A stretch of DNA of 64,000 nucleotides from a bacterium. Lineage in GTDB: Bacteria > UBA8248. Below are positions 30,054 to 39,496 of the stretch, piece after piece. The stretch's first letter is position 1. Every line of letters begins with the position of its first letter. The DNA lies in NCBI GenBank assembly GCA_965207065.1, contig OZ242260.1, positions 1,440,001-1,504,000 of the forward strand. The letters run 5' to 3'. The notes under the pieces were generated by a model that saw nothing but the letters and a program-made list of their open reading frames with translations, was not told the DNA's origin and searched no databases. A program made the translations under genes and the position numbers.

Positions 30054-30932
30054 TCACCTTCTTTTTCTTATTTCCTTTGCCATTAACGTCGCGTTTTGCG
30101 GAACCAGGTTTGGGCGAAACCAATTCCGGTATTCATCCATGTGAACGCTCGGAACCGCTTTTGCGAGCGTCCGGTGTTTTTTCAGGGCTGAGGCGGTGCG
30201 CGACCGTAATTTCGTCATGTAGCCCCTGAATTCATCCCATACCTTTGAGGCGGGCTGAGTGGGAACCGGCCCATGGCCGGGGATGAGGAACTTGGCGGGA
30301 AATTTCTTTAGTTTTGGGATCGCATCTATCCAGTTGCCGAAATTCCCTAGCCTTGCCACCGGGTGGGTTCGATAATCGAGCAGGTCTCCCGTGAAGAGAA
30401 TTCTCTCCTCCGGCATCCAGACAACTGTGTCGCCTTTAGTATGGCAATGACCGATGTGGACCATCTCGAATAGCCGCCCGCCGTAGCGGACGGAAATCTC
30501 ATCTCCGAACGTCACCATGGGCGTGGCGATGTGAAGTTTGCCGATCAGGTGCTCCACTTTTTGCGGTCTGCCCGCCATTTGCTTTACCCAGATGCCCTCG
30601 TTCTCCTCTCGCTCCATCTCGATAACCACGTTTTCCTGGCCGACGGAAACAGCCCCTCGCTTGTGGTAGTAACCGTTGTCGGATGTATGGTCGAAATTGT
30701 GGTGGGTATTGAGCACCAGCCCGGGCGATTTCCGGGTGACTTCTTTCATGCCGGACACGAAAGCCTTTCGTATACGGATGTCGTTATCAACGATGACCGG
30801 TTTTTCGTCCGTAAGAATGAGGCCGAAATTCGTGCCGCCGTCTCCGCCGATGAAAACATGCACTCCCTCTGCGATTTCGACGAATCCTTGGGTTTTTGCC
30901 GGGCCAGGCATTGCCTTTACACTGCGTGCCAT
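30054..30932 (-). CDS. MBL-fold metallohydrolase
   Basis: NTHHNFDH, HTKGD, LFTGD, IPGHG. Confidence 0.88.
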   Translation of the reverse strand: MARSVKAMPGPAKTQGFVEIAEGVHVFIGGDGGTNFGLILTDEKPVIVDNDIRIRKAFVSGMKEVTRKSPGLVLNTHHNFDHTSDNGYYHKRGAVSVGQENVVIEMEREENEGIWVKQMAGRPQKVEHLIGKLHIATPMVTFGDEISVRYGGRLFEMVHIGHCHTKGDTVVWMPEERILFTGDLLDYRTHPVARLGNFGNWIDAIPKLKKFPAKFLIPGHGPVPTQPASKVWDEFRGYMTKLRSRTASALKKHRTLAKAVPSVHMDEYRNWFRPNLVPQNATLMAKEIRKRR

Positions 30933-31053
30933 TGGTTTCTCCTTGCGGGGGCAGCGATGATAACGATATCGTAAAGGGAATCTAAGTAAAGGTATCAAAG
31001 TGCTATTGAAGCAACAATATCGAAAATGAAAATTTCATAAATGAGATTACAAA

Positions 31054-32259
31054 ATGAATTCTTACTCTGCATTCATAGGACTTGAGTGTTCAAAAACCGG
31101 AGAGCAGTTTCAACCCGGCGGCTTGATGAATCTAAGCCCCTGCGGTGCTCCGTTGCTGGCGCTGTATGACACCGAAGCCGCGGCGCGGACTTTGGACTTC
31201 AAGAATTTGGCGGGCCGCGCTCATTCCATGTGGCGCTATCATGAAATGCTCCCGGCCCCCGATGAAAGCGCCATCGTAACGCTGGGTGAAGGCATGACGC
31301 CCTTATTAAGGGCGCCTCGTCTTGAAAAGGTTATGGGGCTTTCCCATCTGTACGTGAAGGATGAGGGTCTAAATCCGACGGGAAGTTTCAAGTCCAGGGG
31401 ATTGTCCGTGGCGGTCACGATGGCGCGGCATCTGGGAGCGAAAAAGATAGCCATTCCTACAGCAGGCAACGCAGGCGGCGCGGCGGCAGCTTACGCTTCG
31501 CGAGCGGGAATCGATGCGTCTGTGTTTGTCCCGGAAAAAGCGCCAAGTGTGCACAAAGTGGAATGTGCTCTGGCAGGAGCCGATGTGACCGTTGTTCGCG
31601 GCTATATACATCATTGCGCGGAAATCGTGGCGCAAAGAACTCCGGCTGAAGGTTGGTTCGAATTGTCCACGTTCAAGGAGCCTTATCGGGCCGAAGGGAA
31701 GAAAACGATGGCTTATGAACTCGTCGAACAACTCGGCGGCGATATCCCCGACGTGATTCTCTACCCCACAGGCGGCGGAACGGGGTTGGTGGCGATGTGG
31801 CGCGCCTTTGGCGAGCTTGAGGCATTGGGATGGATAGGCGAAAAAAGACCGCGCATGATATGCGTTCAAGCCGAGGGCTGCGCACCACTCGTGCGGGCGT
31901 ATGAGAACAACGATGAAGTTTCGGCCCAGTGGGACAACCCGACGACGATGGTATCCGGCCTGCGCGCGCCAAAGGTTCTGGCGGATTTTTTGTGTCTGCA
32001 AGCTATCCGGGAAAGTGGGGGTACGGCGATTGCTGTTTCGGATGAAATGATGTTCGAGGCGCAAAGAAAGGTAGGTGCTTCTGAGGGGATTCTCATCTGC
32101 CCGGAAGGCGGGGCCTGTATTGCAGCCCTGGAAGTTTTGGTTGAGCGAGGTGAAATCGGGCGCGATGAGCGTATCGTGACGTTTAATACGGCCACAGGCC
32201 TAAAGTATGCGGATATGATAGAAACGGATGTCTCTATTATCGACCCGCTTTCAATCTAG
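31054..32259 (+). CDS. thrC: Threonine synthase-like PLP enzyme
   Basis: LGEG.TPL, NPTGSFK.RG, EGKKT, YPTGGG.G. Confidence 0.8.
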   Translation: MNSYSAFIGLECSKTGEQFQPGGLMNLSPCGAPLLALYDTEAAARTLDFKNLAGRAHSMWRYHEMLPAPDESAIVTLGEGMTPLLRAPRLEKVMGLSHLYVKDEGLNPTGSFKSRGLSVAVTMARHLGAKKIAIPTAGNAGGAAAAYASRAGIDASVFVPEKAPSVHKVECALAGADVTVVRGYIHHCAEIVAQRTPAEGWFELSTFKEPYRAEGKKTMAYELVEQLGGDIPDVILYPTGGGTGLVAMWRAFGELEALGWIGEKRPRMICVQAEGCAPLVRAYENNDEVSAQWDNPTTMVSGLRAPKVLADFLCLQAIRESGGTAIAVSDEMMFEAQRKVGASEGILICPEGGACIAALEVLVERGEIGRDERIVTFNTATGLKYADMIETDVSIIDPLSI

Positions 32260-32271
32260 GATGAATGGCAA

Positions 32272-32700
32272 GTGATAGAGATAACAAGGCAAGAGGAATT
32301 CTCCGCGGCGCACCGGTTGTTTCGGCCTGATTGGAGCGATGAGCGCAATGAGGCCTTGTACGGAAAATGCGCCAATCCACACTATCATGGGCACAATTAT
32401 GTTTTTGAAGTAACCCTGCGATGTCCCGTAAACCCAGAGACGGGGATGGCTTATAATCTGGCCGACTTGAAAAAGCTCATGAGGCGGGAAGTCGTAGAAG
32501 CGCTCGATCACAAGAATTTGAATGAAGACGCTGCGGGTTTCATGAAAAACCGGATACCCACGGCGGAGAACATAGCGATTTCGATTTGGGAATGTCTGGT
32601 AGAGCACATAGACACGGAAATTCTGTTTCGCGTCCGCTTGTATGAAAACGCGCGGAATTTCGTGGATTATTATGGAGAAAACCCAGATGGCGTTCGGTGA
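32272..32700 (+). CDS. 6-pyruvoyl-/6-carboxy-tetrahydropterin synthase family
   Basis: FSAAHRL, CANPHYHGHNY, LDHKNLN, PTAEN, LYE. Confidence 0.9.
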   Translation: MIEITRQEEFSAAHRLFRPDWSDERNEALYGKCANPHYHGHNYVFEVTLRCPVNPETGMAYNLADLKKLMRREVVEALDHKNLNEDAAGFMKNRIPTAENIAISIWECLVEHIDTEILFRVRLYENARNFVDYYGENPDGVR

Positions 32701-33418
32701 ACCGAGAAACCTGGAGAAAAGGCGAATTGTTCTGACCGGGGCTTCTCGGGGTATAGGTCGTGTAAGCGCGCTTCGTCTCGCCAAAGCGGGAGCGAAGATT
32801 CTTGCCGTTTCGAGGGATGCCGATGACCTGGCGAGATTGGCCTTTGATTCAAAAGGGTACGTAGGGCAGATTTTTCCGCACAGTTGCGACGTGACGAAAG
32901 CAGACGAAGTCGAAGCGCTCAGTGAAATGGCGGAAAAACGCCTGGAGGGAGTGGATGCGCTGATAAACAATGCGGGCTCAGGTGTATTCAAGGATATCGA
33001 AAACCTCTCTGTGGATGAATTTAACGCTACGGTCTCGGTGTGTCTCACCGCCCCTTTCATGTTGACGCGGGCGCTTTGTCCCTTGCTTGCGGCGGCGAAT
33101 GGCGATGTTATTAACATATCTTCGATCAGTGCGGTGTCGGGCTTTCCGGGGGCGTCGGCTTATTGCGCCGCGAAAGCCGGTCTTGAGGGACTCTCCAGGG
33201 CATTGGTGGAGGAGTTGAGGCCGAAGGGGATACGCCTTACTATCCTCCGGCCTGGAGCCTGCGCAACGGATATGTGGAAATCCATCCCGGGGGAGTTCGA
33301 TTTTGAGGCGATGATCCCACCAGATCTGGTGGCGGAAGCCATTGAGTTTCTACTCTCTCAATCCCGCAAGGCCTGGACGGAATCGATTGTGGTTCTTCCC
33401 CCGAAAGGCATGGTCTAG
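32687..33418 (+). CDS. SDR family oxidoreductase
   Basis: TGASRGIG, INNAG, YCAAK. Confidence 0.88.
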   Translation: MAFGEPRNLEKRRIVLTGASRGIGRVSALRLAKAGAKILAVSRDADDLARLAFDSKGYVGQIFPHSCDVTKADEVEALSEMAEKRLEGVDALINNAGSGVFKDIENLSVDEFNATVSVCLTAPFMLTRALCPLLAAANGDVINISSISAVSGFPGASAYCAAKAGLEGLSRALVEELRPKGIRLTILRPGACATDMWKSIPGEFDFEAMIPPDLVAEAIEFLLSQSRKAWTESIVVLPPKGMV

Positions 33419-33630
33419 TTCGCCCTCGTCCCTCCGTGAATCTGGATATTCGTGCTTGCCGTCTGTTGAAATAATGCCCCAAAAATGAGAAGCGCGCTTG
33501 TTGAAGAGAACAAAAAAAGATATAGATTTGCCCCTTGATGGAAGGGGTTTTGTAAAATTCTCATGTTCGTGAAGAACGTTTTAATCTAGCGATTCTGTAA
33601 GGTTAGAAAATCATTTTTTCGGGAGGTGGA

Positions 33631-33933
33631 TTGTTGAGTACTATTCGATATGAAAATCTCGATGTCGAATATAAGATGGCGACTGGAGATTCCATTCTAG
33701 ATGCGGATTTGGAAAATGGTGTCGATCATACCTGCGATTGCGGCGGCAATTGCGCATGTTCGACTTGTAAGGTGATTGTGATTTCCGGAGCCGAGTTTCT
33801 CTCTTCACAGCAGGAAGACGAGAAAGATACGCTGGATGCCTATGGATGGAATCCGGATGAATATCGCCTTGCTTGTCAATGTATAGTCGAAGGAGAGGGC
33901 CGGATCGTCTTGAATATGCCTGAGCCTGAATAA
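33631..33933 (+). CDS. 2Fe-2S ferredoxin
   Basis: CGGNCACSTC ... RLACQ. Confidence 0.9.
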   Translation: MLSTIRYENLDVEYKMATGDSILDADLENGVDHTCDCGGNCACSTCKVIVISGAEFLSSQQEDEKDTLDAYGWNPDEYRLACQCIVEGEGRIVLNMPEPE

Positions 33934-33951
33934 AATTCAGGGCGCAGGTTC

Positions 33952-34587
33952 TCAGGGATTATTCCAAGCTTGAACCACCGAATCGAAATCAACCACACCT
34001 TCGCGCAGGATTATTGGTTTATTCCCTCTCGCGTCCACTACGGTGGAAGGCCGGGTATTCTCTGTTGTTCCACCGTCCAAGACCAGCCCCACCTTGTTTT
34101 GGAATCGAGAAGAAATCGCTTGAGCGTTATGGAGTGGAAGTTCTCCGGATGCGTTCGCGCTCGTCGCCACGAACGGGCCGACTCGCATCGCAAGTATTCG
34201 GCAAAGCGCTTGAGCGGGCATACGCACGGCGACAGAAGCACCGCCTTCGGTGAGCAGGGGAGACAGATTGGGAGTTGCCGGTAAAACCAAAGTCAGACCC
34301 GAGGGCCATAATGAGTCTATCAGGCTGAAAGCTTGCGGAGAAATGTCGCCTGCAAGCCCTTTTAACTGGGAGCGGCAGCCGATGAGAACGGGCGCGCCTT
34401 TCTCGTCTTCTCTTCCCTTTGTTTCGTAGAGTTTCTCGACGGCTTCTTTATCGAGAGCGCTGGCGCATAGGCCATAAATCGTATCCGTGGGCAAAGCGAC
34501 GATGTTTCCAGAATTCAGTTCTTCGCCGGCCTGTCGAATTACTTCTTCTTCTGGTGAACCAGGATTCACCGGGAGGATTCTGCTCAC
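33952..34587 (-). CDS. tsaC: L-threonylcarbamoyladenylate synthase (TsaC/Sua5)
   Basis: PTDTIYGL, KGR, TSAN.SG, PSTVVD, LREG. Confidence 0.92.
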   Translation of the reverse strand: MSRILPVNPGSPEEEVIRQAGEELNSGNIVALPTDTIYGLCASALDKEAVEKLYETKGREDEKGAPVLIGCRSQLKGLAGDISPQAFSLIDSLWPSGLTLVLPATPNLSPLLTEGGASVAVRMPAQALCRILAMRVGPFVATSANASGELPLHNAQAISSRFQNKVGLVLDGGTTENTRPSTVVDARGNKPIILREGVVDFDSVVQAWNNP

Positions 34588-34590
34588 CGT

Positions 34591-35220
34591 CTATTTTTTC
34601 CGGTACGTTCTTTTGGCGCGACTACGCTTGGGCCTTGATTTCTGGCCTGTACTTTTTTTGGTTTCATTTTGTGGTTGTTTCGCGCCGTCTTTTTGCGCTT
34701 GGGCGGGCAGAGGGGAAATTTCTTTCTGGAGCGCGGCGTCCGCGGCCAGAACCTTCTCTGTTTGTTGTTGCGCGAAACGCCGGTATTCCTTCGCGAGTTT
34801 CTGATCGGTCAAGGCGAGTATCCGGGCGGCGTGGAGGGCCGCGTTCCTGGCGCCCGGGCCACCAATCCCCATCGTCGCCACGGGTATGCCGGGGGGCATC
34901 TGCACCGTGGAGAGAAGAGAATCGAGGCCGCCAAGGGAGGAACTGTCGATGGGAACGCCTATCACGGGCAGGTCCGTCGCGGCTCCGACGACGCCCGCCA
35001 GGTGCGCCGACATGCCTGCGCCCGCGATCAGCACCCGGATTCCGCGCTCGGGGGCATTTTTCACATACTCATGAACGGCGTCAGGCGTGCGGTGGGCCGA
35101 TAAGATTCTCATTTCAGAGGGAATGTTGAAGGTTTCGAGCGCCTTCGTGGCTTCTTCCATCACCGGTTTATCCGATGCGCTTCCCATCAGTATCCCGACC
35201 AGGGGTGCTCTCGTGGCCAA
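34591..35220 (-). CDS. purE: N5-CAIR mutase
   Basis: MGSASD, SAHRTP, AGMSAHL.G, PVIGVP, VQMPPGIPVAT. Confidence 0.95.
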   Translation of the reverse strand: MATRAPLVGILMGSASDKPVMEEATKALETFNIPSEMRILSAHRTPDAVHEYVKNAPERGIRVLIAGAGMSAHLAGVVGAATDLPVIGVPIDSSSLGGLDSLLSTVQMPPGIPVATMGIGGPGARNAALHAARILALTDQKLAKEYRRFAQQQTEKVLAADAALQKEISPLPAQAQKDGAKQPQNETKKSTGQKSRPKRSRAKRTYRKK

Positions 35221-35248
35221 AAAAGATTCTCCTCTTGATATTGGGCGC

Positions 35249-35638
35249 TTATTTTGGGATGAACGCGAGCAGTTCGATTTCGAGCTTCGCGCCCGCGATG
35301 ATTTTCGCCGCCTGGAAAGTCGTTCGCGCCGGGGGATCTTCCGTCCCGAAGTATTCCTCGAATACGGCGTTCATGTCCCCCAGATCCGCCAGATCTTCCA
35401 TGAAAATGGTCACTTTCACGGCGTTTTTGAGCGATGTGCCGCCCGCCTCGCATACGGCCTTGAGGTTCTCGATAATCTGCCGCGTCTGTTCGGCGACGCC
35501 GCCCGGAACCAGTGCTCCCGTCGCGGGGTCGAGGGGCAACTGCCCCGAGCAGTGGAGCCACTCCCCCACCTGAATGGCCTGGGAGAGCGGTACCTTGCCG
35601 GATGCGGCCTTGTCTGTATGAACCACTCTTTTTTCCAT
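35249..35638 (-). CDS. RidA/YjgF family protein
   Basis: SQAI, SGQLP.DP, N.V...YF, PART, EIE. Confidence 0.9.
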   Translation of the reverse strand: MEKRVVHTDKAASGKVPLSQAIQVGEWLHCSGQLPLDPATGALVPGGVAEQTRQIIENLKAVCEAGGTSLKNAVKVTIFMEDLADLGDMNAVFEEYFGTEDPPARTTFQAAKIIAGAKLEIELLAFIPK

Positions 35639-36281
35639 TGTAGCTCCCCGGTGGTGCATATGTGACGCCCCATCAAAACACAAAACGAGGCCTGTGGGTA
35701 TCTTTCGCGCCATGTTTCGGAGGCTGTGCTATAAGTCATATTTTATCAAACGGTTGCGGTGGATTCCTGTTCGCTCCAAAGGCGCCGCGCCGCGCAGATT
35801 CCCCCAATTGCCGCTTCAGGCGCGCCGCCGGGGACGCGGTATCCTCGCAATGCTTCTGCGGGAGTGAGATTTTCGACCCCGCAGTTCCCCGCATTTCCCG
35901 TCACCGCCGGACCCCCGGGTCATGGCAGAATCTTCCTGCGCATCGCTTCTGCGGCGCCTTTTCCCAAGAAAATAAATTCCCATCAATTTATCGAATAACC
36001 CCGTGAATTTATCGAATTTTATCGATATATCCAGAATATAAAAATTAAATTATTGTTTTTAAGCTAGTTACAAATTCATTAAAATAATTGTAATCAAAAC
36101 GCAAGCTGGTTCATTACAACTACAGCGTATGCGGGCGGGTCCGTGTCGGGTTAACCATGGTAAGCGTTCGGCGGGAGGGTGATGGATGTCAACAAAGCAG
36201 GGTTCCAAACCAATTGCACCGTACTAAATCAACAAATGCTTCCGTTGTCAGAGACAATCTCACCGCTTAACCGAACGCTTA

Positions 36282-38310
36282 TTGCGCCAGGCTAAGCCCT
36301 GGAGAGGAGGATGCCATGACCTGAAACCTCTCGTAGCGACCCAGCGGGTTCGACTCCCGCCCGGCAAAGGCGAAGCCGGCCAGCCGGAAGCGAGTCTTGC
36401 ATGGCGTGCGGCAACGCCCGTCGTGAAGCGTAGACAGCAGGTGACGAAGCGGCGGGGTAAGCCTCGAAATCGGTGAATCGACGACGCCTTCACTGTTAAG
36501 CGTGTGGGGGCAGCACCGGAAGCGCCGCCATCGGCGAGGCGCAACGGGTCGTCCGGGGTCGTGGACCGGCGCAAAGTTACGGGGATGGGTCGCCAGGGAA
36601 CCTGGGAGATCCTGCTCTTGCCCGTGGGCAAGAATGCTGGAAAGGGGACGGCCAGCGTGAACAATCCAGACCCCGGTCCGTCGCCGGACCTGCACGGCGG
36701 CGGGAGCGCCCCATGGCGGACACGAACCCGGCAGGCGCCCGCGGAACCGGCTGGCGAAAACAATAAGCCGAAGGACATGCGAGGGCAGGAAGTCGTAGCG
36801 CCCTGATAGTACCGCTGAAGGCGGGGAACCGTGGCCACCGGGACCCGCTGGAGGGAAGCGGGGCGTCATCTGTACAGAGCCACTGATGGGAAACGCTGGA
36901 GGAAACTCTGAGTTCCACGAACACGTACACGAAACAGCAGTGGATAGCCAAACAGGCGAGGGAGCATCCGGAGCGGGTGTTCACGTCCCTGCACCACCTC
37001 ATCGACGGCGAGTGGATGCGCGAAGCGTATCGCCGCACGCGCAAGGATGGGGCGAGGGGTATCGACGGCGTGAGCGCCGCCGACTACGAGAAGGACCTGG
37101 AGGTGAATCTTGACGACCTCCTGAGCCGGATGAAGTCGGGTCGATACTTTGCGCCGCCGGTGCGTCGGCACTACATCCCGAAGGCGGACGGCACGAAACG
37201 ACCGCTCGGCATTCCGACGTTCGAAGACAAGGTGGCGCAGCGGGCAATCCTGATGCTGCTGGAGCCGATTTACGAGACGGACTTCCTGACGTGCTCGTAC
37301 GGCTTCCGGCCCGGACGGTCGGCTCACGATGCCCTGGCCGCACTTCGCACGGGCATCATCGAGCAGCGCCAACGGTGGGTGATTGACGCCGATATCTCGA
37401 GGTACTTCGACTCGATATCGCACACCCACCTGCGGTCATTCCTCGACCTGCGGATCAAGGACGGCGTCGTAAGGCGCATGATTGACAAATGGCTGAAAGC
37501 GGGGGTTCTCGAAGAGGGAACCGTGCACAGGCCGGTCACCGGCACTCCCCAAGGCGGGGTAATCTCGCCGATGCTCTCCAACATCTTCCTGCACCATGTG
37601 CTGGATAAGTGGTTCGAGGAAGTGGCGAGGCCGCGCTTGCGCGGAAACTGCCAGCTGGTGCGATTCGCCGACGACTTTGTCGTCGCCCTGGAAGACCGTC
37701 ACAGCGGCAAGCGGTTGCTTGACCTGCTGGACAAACGTCTCGGCCGATTCGGACTCACGCTCCATGAGGCCAAGACGCGCTATGTGGACTTCCGCCGGAG
37801 GCGTCCCTACGGGCGTCACTGGATGGCGTCGACCACGACGTTCGACTTCCTCGGCTTCACCCACGTCTGGGGGCGGTCGATGCAAGGCAAGGACGTCGTT
37901 CGCCAAATCACGGCGAAAGGCCGCTTCGCCCGCGCGCTGAAATCGGTGCACGAATGGTGCAAGAAAAACCGGCACCTGCCGATTAAGGCGCAGCATGACC
38001 ATCTCGTCCGGGCGATACGAGGCCACTGCGCATATTACGGTCTGAGGGGGAACGGCAAACGTCTTCGGTGGTTCCGCTACCAGGTGGCTCGCACGTGGCG
38101 GAAGTGGCTTGCGCGCCGCAACCGCCTGCGTCGCATGAACCGGGACTGGATGAACGCGCTCCTCATGCGATACCCCCTTCCATATGTCTCTTACGCGCGC
38201 TCACGGCAAAGCTTCCTGAGCGAACCTGTCGGGTGAGGAACCGAGTGCGTCAATCGCGCACGCTCGGGTCTGTGGGGGGCGGGGCGCAGAAATGCCCCCG
38301 CCTACCCGGC
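36282..38310 (+). mobile_element. Group II intron, full length
   Basis: 5' TTGCGCC; domain V at about 38238-38270; domain VI ending ..CTACCCGGC; encloses an RT ORF; loop TAAGCGT (36497-36503) is complementary to the 5' exon end ACGCTTA. Confidence 0.9.
36896..38236 (+). CDS. ltrA: Group II intron reverse transcriptase/maturase, no HNH endonuclease domain
   Basis: IPK.DG..RPLGIP, SYGFRPGRS, GTPQGGVISP, RFADD, FDFLGF. Frame is open from CTG 36896 (GTG 36977 in the ORF track). Confidence 0.93.
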   Translation: MEETLSSTNTYTKQQWIAKQAREHPERVFTSLHHLIDGEWMREAYRRTRKDGARGIDGVSAADYEKDLEVNLDDLLSRMKSGRYFAPPVRRHYIPKADGTKRPLGIPTFEDKVAQRAILMLLEPIYETDFLTCSYGFRPGRSAHDALAALRTGIIEQRQRWVIDADISRYFDSISHTHLRSFLDLRIKDGVVRRMIDKWLKAGVLEEGTVHRPVTGTPQGGVISPMLSNIFLHHVLDKWFEEVARPRLRGNCQLVRFADDFVVALEDRHSGKRLLDLLDKRLGRFGLTLHEAKTRYVDFRRRRPYGRHWMASTTTFDFLGFTHVWGRSMQGKDVVRQITAKGRFARALKSVHEWCKKNRHLPIKAQHDHLVRAIRGHCAYYGLRGNGKRLRWFRYQVARTWRKWLARRNRLRRMNRDWMNALLMRYPLPYVSYARSRQSFLSEPVG

Positions 38311-38320
38311 CTAACCATGG

Positions 38321-39496
38321 GTAACCATTCGTTCGTAGGGTGATGGGGGCTGTTTCAGCGGTTGAGGACTTGCTTCCAGTTGTTGCGGAGGGGCTTTAGC
38401 CAGATGTCCTTTCTGGGTTTGTCGTGGCGATTGTACCTGTCGTATCGTCCGCGTCCCTGTGTGGTTCCCACATGGATCCATCCCGATGCCCTGTAGACGG
38501 CGCCGGTGTAGCGGGGCGTCTCGACGAAGGTTTCGATGAGAACGGGGGTCGTGTTGTAGCGTTCGGTCCAGTCTTTGGGCAGGCGCCTGCGGACGATGGC
38601 GAGGAGGTGCGAGCCGAGGTTGGGGATCTTGATCCATGGCAGGATGAGGAACCTCGGGTTGTCGACCACGAGGGGGAGGTTCTTCTCGCGCAGCCCGGGC
38701 GTCCAGCCGATGAAGGCATCGCGCGGAGCGAGCTTCCACGCGGCGGTGGAGAAGCCGAGCATGGCGAGGGGCCTGCCGTCGCGGTCGTGGACGGCGTAGC
38801 GCATCTGGGCGCCGACGAGGGTCTTGTAGCCGAGGTAATGGTAGCGGACGACGAACTCGTTCCAGAGCCTGCCCTCGCGGGTTCCGCGCACGACGACGCG
38901 CATATCGAGCGTGCGTACCTCATCGAGGGTCTCAGGCGCCGGGATGAGGGGCGCTTCGGTGTCGGGTCCGAAGACGATCGGCCCGGGCCGGTTCTGGCGC
39001 CACTTCGGAGGCGGCAGCGTGATCAGGCCGTCCTTGTGCATGGCGAGCATGGTCACCCGGGCCATCATGTCCTTGAGTCCGCCGTCGGGTTTGAACCAGC
39101 CGATGCGGCGGCAGAACTCCTTCGATAGCGCATGGCGGTTGAGCGCAGGAGGACCGGCGATCAGTTCGCGCAGAAGCGCCATCTCTTCCGTCGTGAAGTC
39201 GCGCCCGTAGTAGCGGCACTCGATCACGGCGTCATCCCGGCGCCGTGAGGGCGCGCCTGCGCTCGGCGCTCATCGACCAGGGCAGCCACGCGGAGAGGTC
39301 CCCGGGCGCCCGGCCGCCGATCTGCGCGCAGGCGGTGAGCCATGCATCGAGCCAGCGGAGCGGGTCGATGCCGTTCGAGGAGAGTGTGCCGAGGACCGAG
39401 TACATCATTGCCGTGAACCCGGCGCCGGCCTCGCTGTCGGAGCCGAACGAGAGGCGCCTGCCGATCACGGGACCCCGAAGCGCGCGTTCGGCGGCG
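38321..39496 (-). mobile_element. 3' half of an IS66-like element (transposase C-terminus + DUF4338 gene + GTAA terminal repeat)
   Basis: End GTAACCATTCG..GGTGATGG at 38321; transposase tail NAAERALRGPVIGRRLSFGS..LPW ends at 39232. Confidence 0.8.
38355..39227 (-). CDS. DUF4338 (DruA-like domain) protein
   Basis: YHYLGY..LVG..MRY, RD.FIGW, N.RFLILPW....NLGSH.L, ETFV, G..YRA..W..VG.T.GRGR.D. Confidence 0.85.
   Translation of the reverse strand: MIECRYYGRDFTTEEMALLRELIAGPPALNRHALSKEFCRRIGWFKPDGGLKDMMARVTMLAMHKDGLITLPPPKWRQNRPGPIVFGPDTEAPLIPAPETLDEVRTLDMRVVVRGTREGRLWNEFVVRYHYLGYKTLVGAQMRYAVHDRDGRPLAMLGFSTAAWKLAPRDAFIGWTPGLREKNLPLVVDNPRFLILPWIKIPNLGSHLLAIVRRRLPKDWTERYNTTPVLIETFVETPRYTGAVYRASGWIHVGTTQGRGRYDRYNRHDKPRKDIWLKPLRNNWKQVLNR

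Larger units (their letters stand above)
36160..38311. mobile_element. IS66-type MITE (123 bp: 36160-36281 plus 38311) interrupted by a group II intron
   Basis: Left end GTAAGCGTTCGG; right end CCGAACGCTTA^C; 8-bp direct repeat TAACCATG at 36152-36159 and 38312-38319. Confidence 0.85.

Noticed and set aside
36260-36869. Long antisense ORFs over intron and IS DNA (also throughout 38-45 kb and 58-60 kb)
   Set aside because: Shadow ORFs of GC-rich structured RNA or of real genes on the other strand
36896-38236. RT as retron, DGR or defence RT
   Set aside because: It is enclosed by group II intron termini with domains V and VI and has intron-type motifs; no template/variable repeat pair was seen
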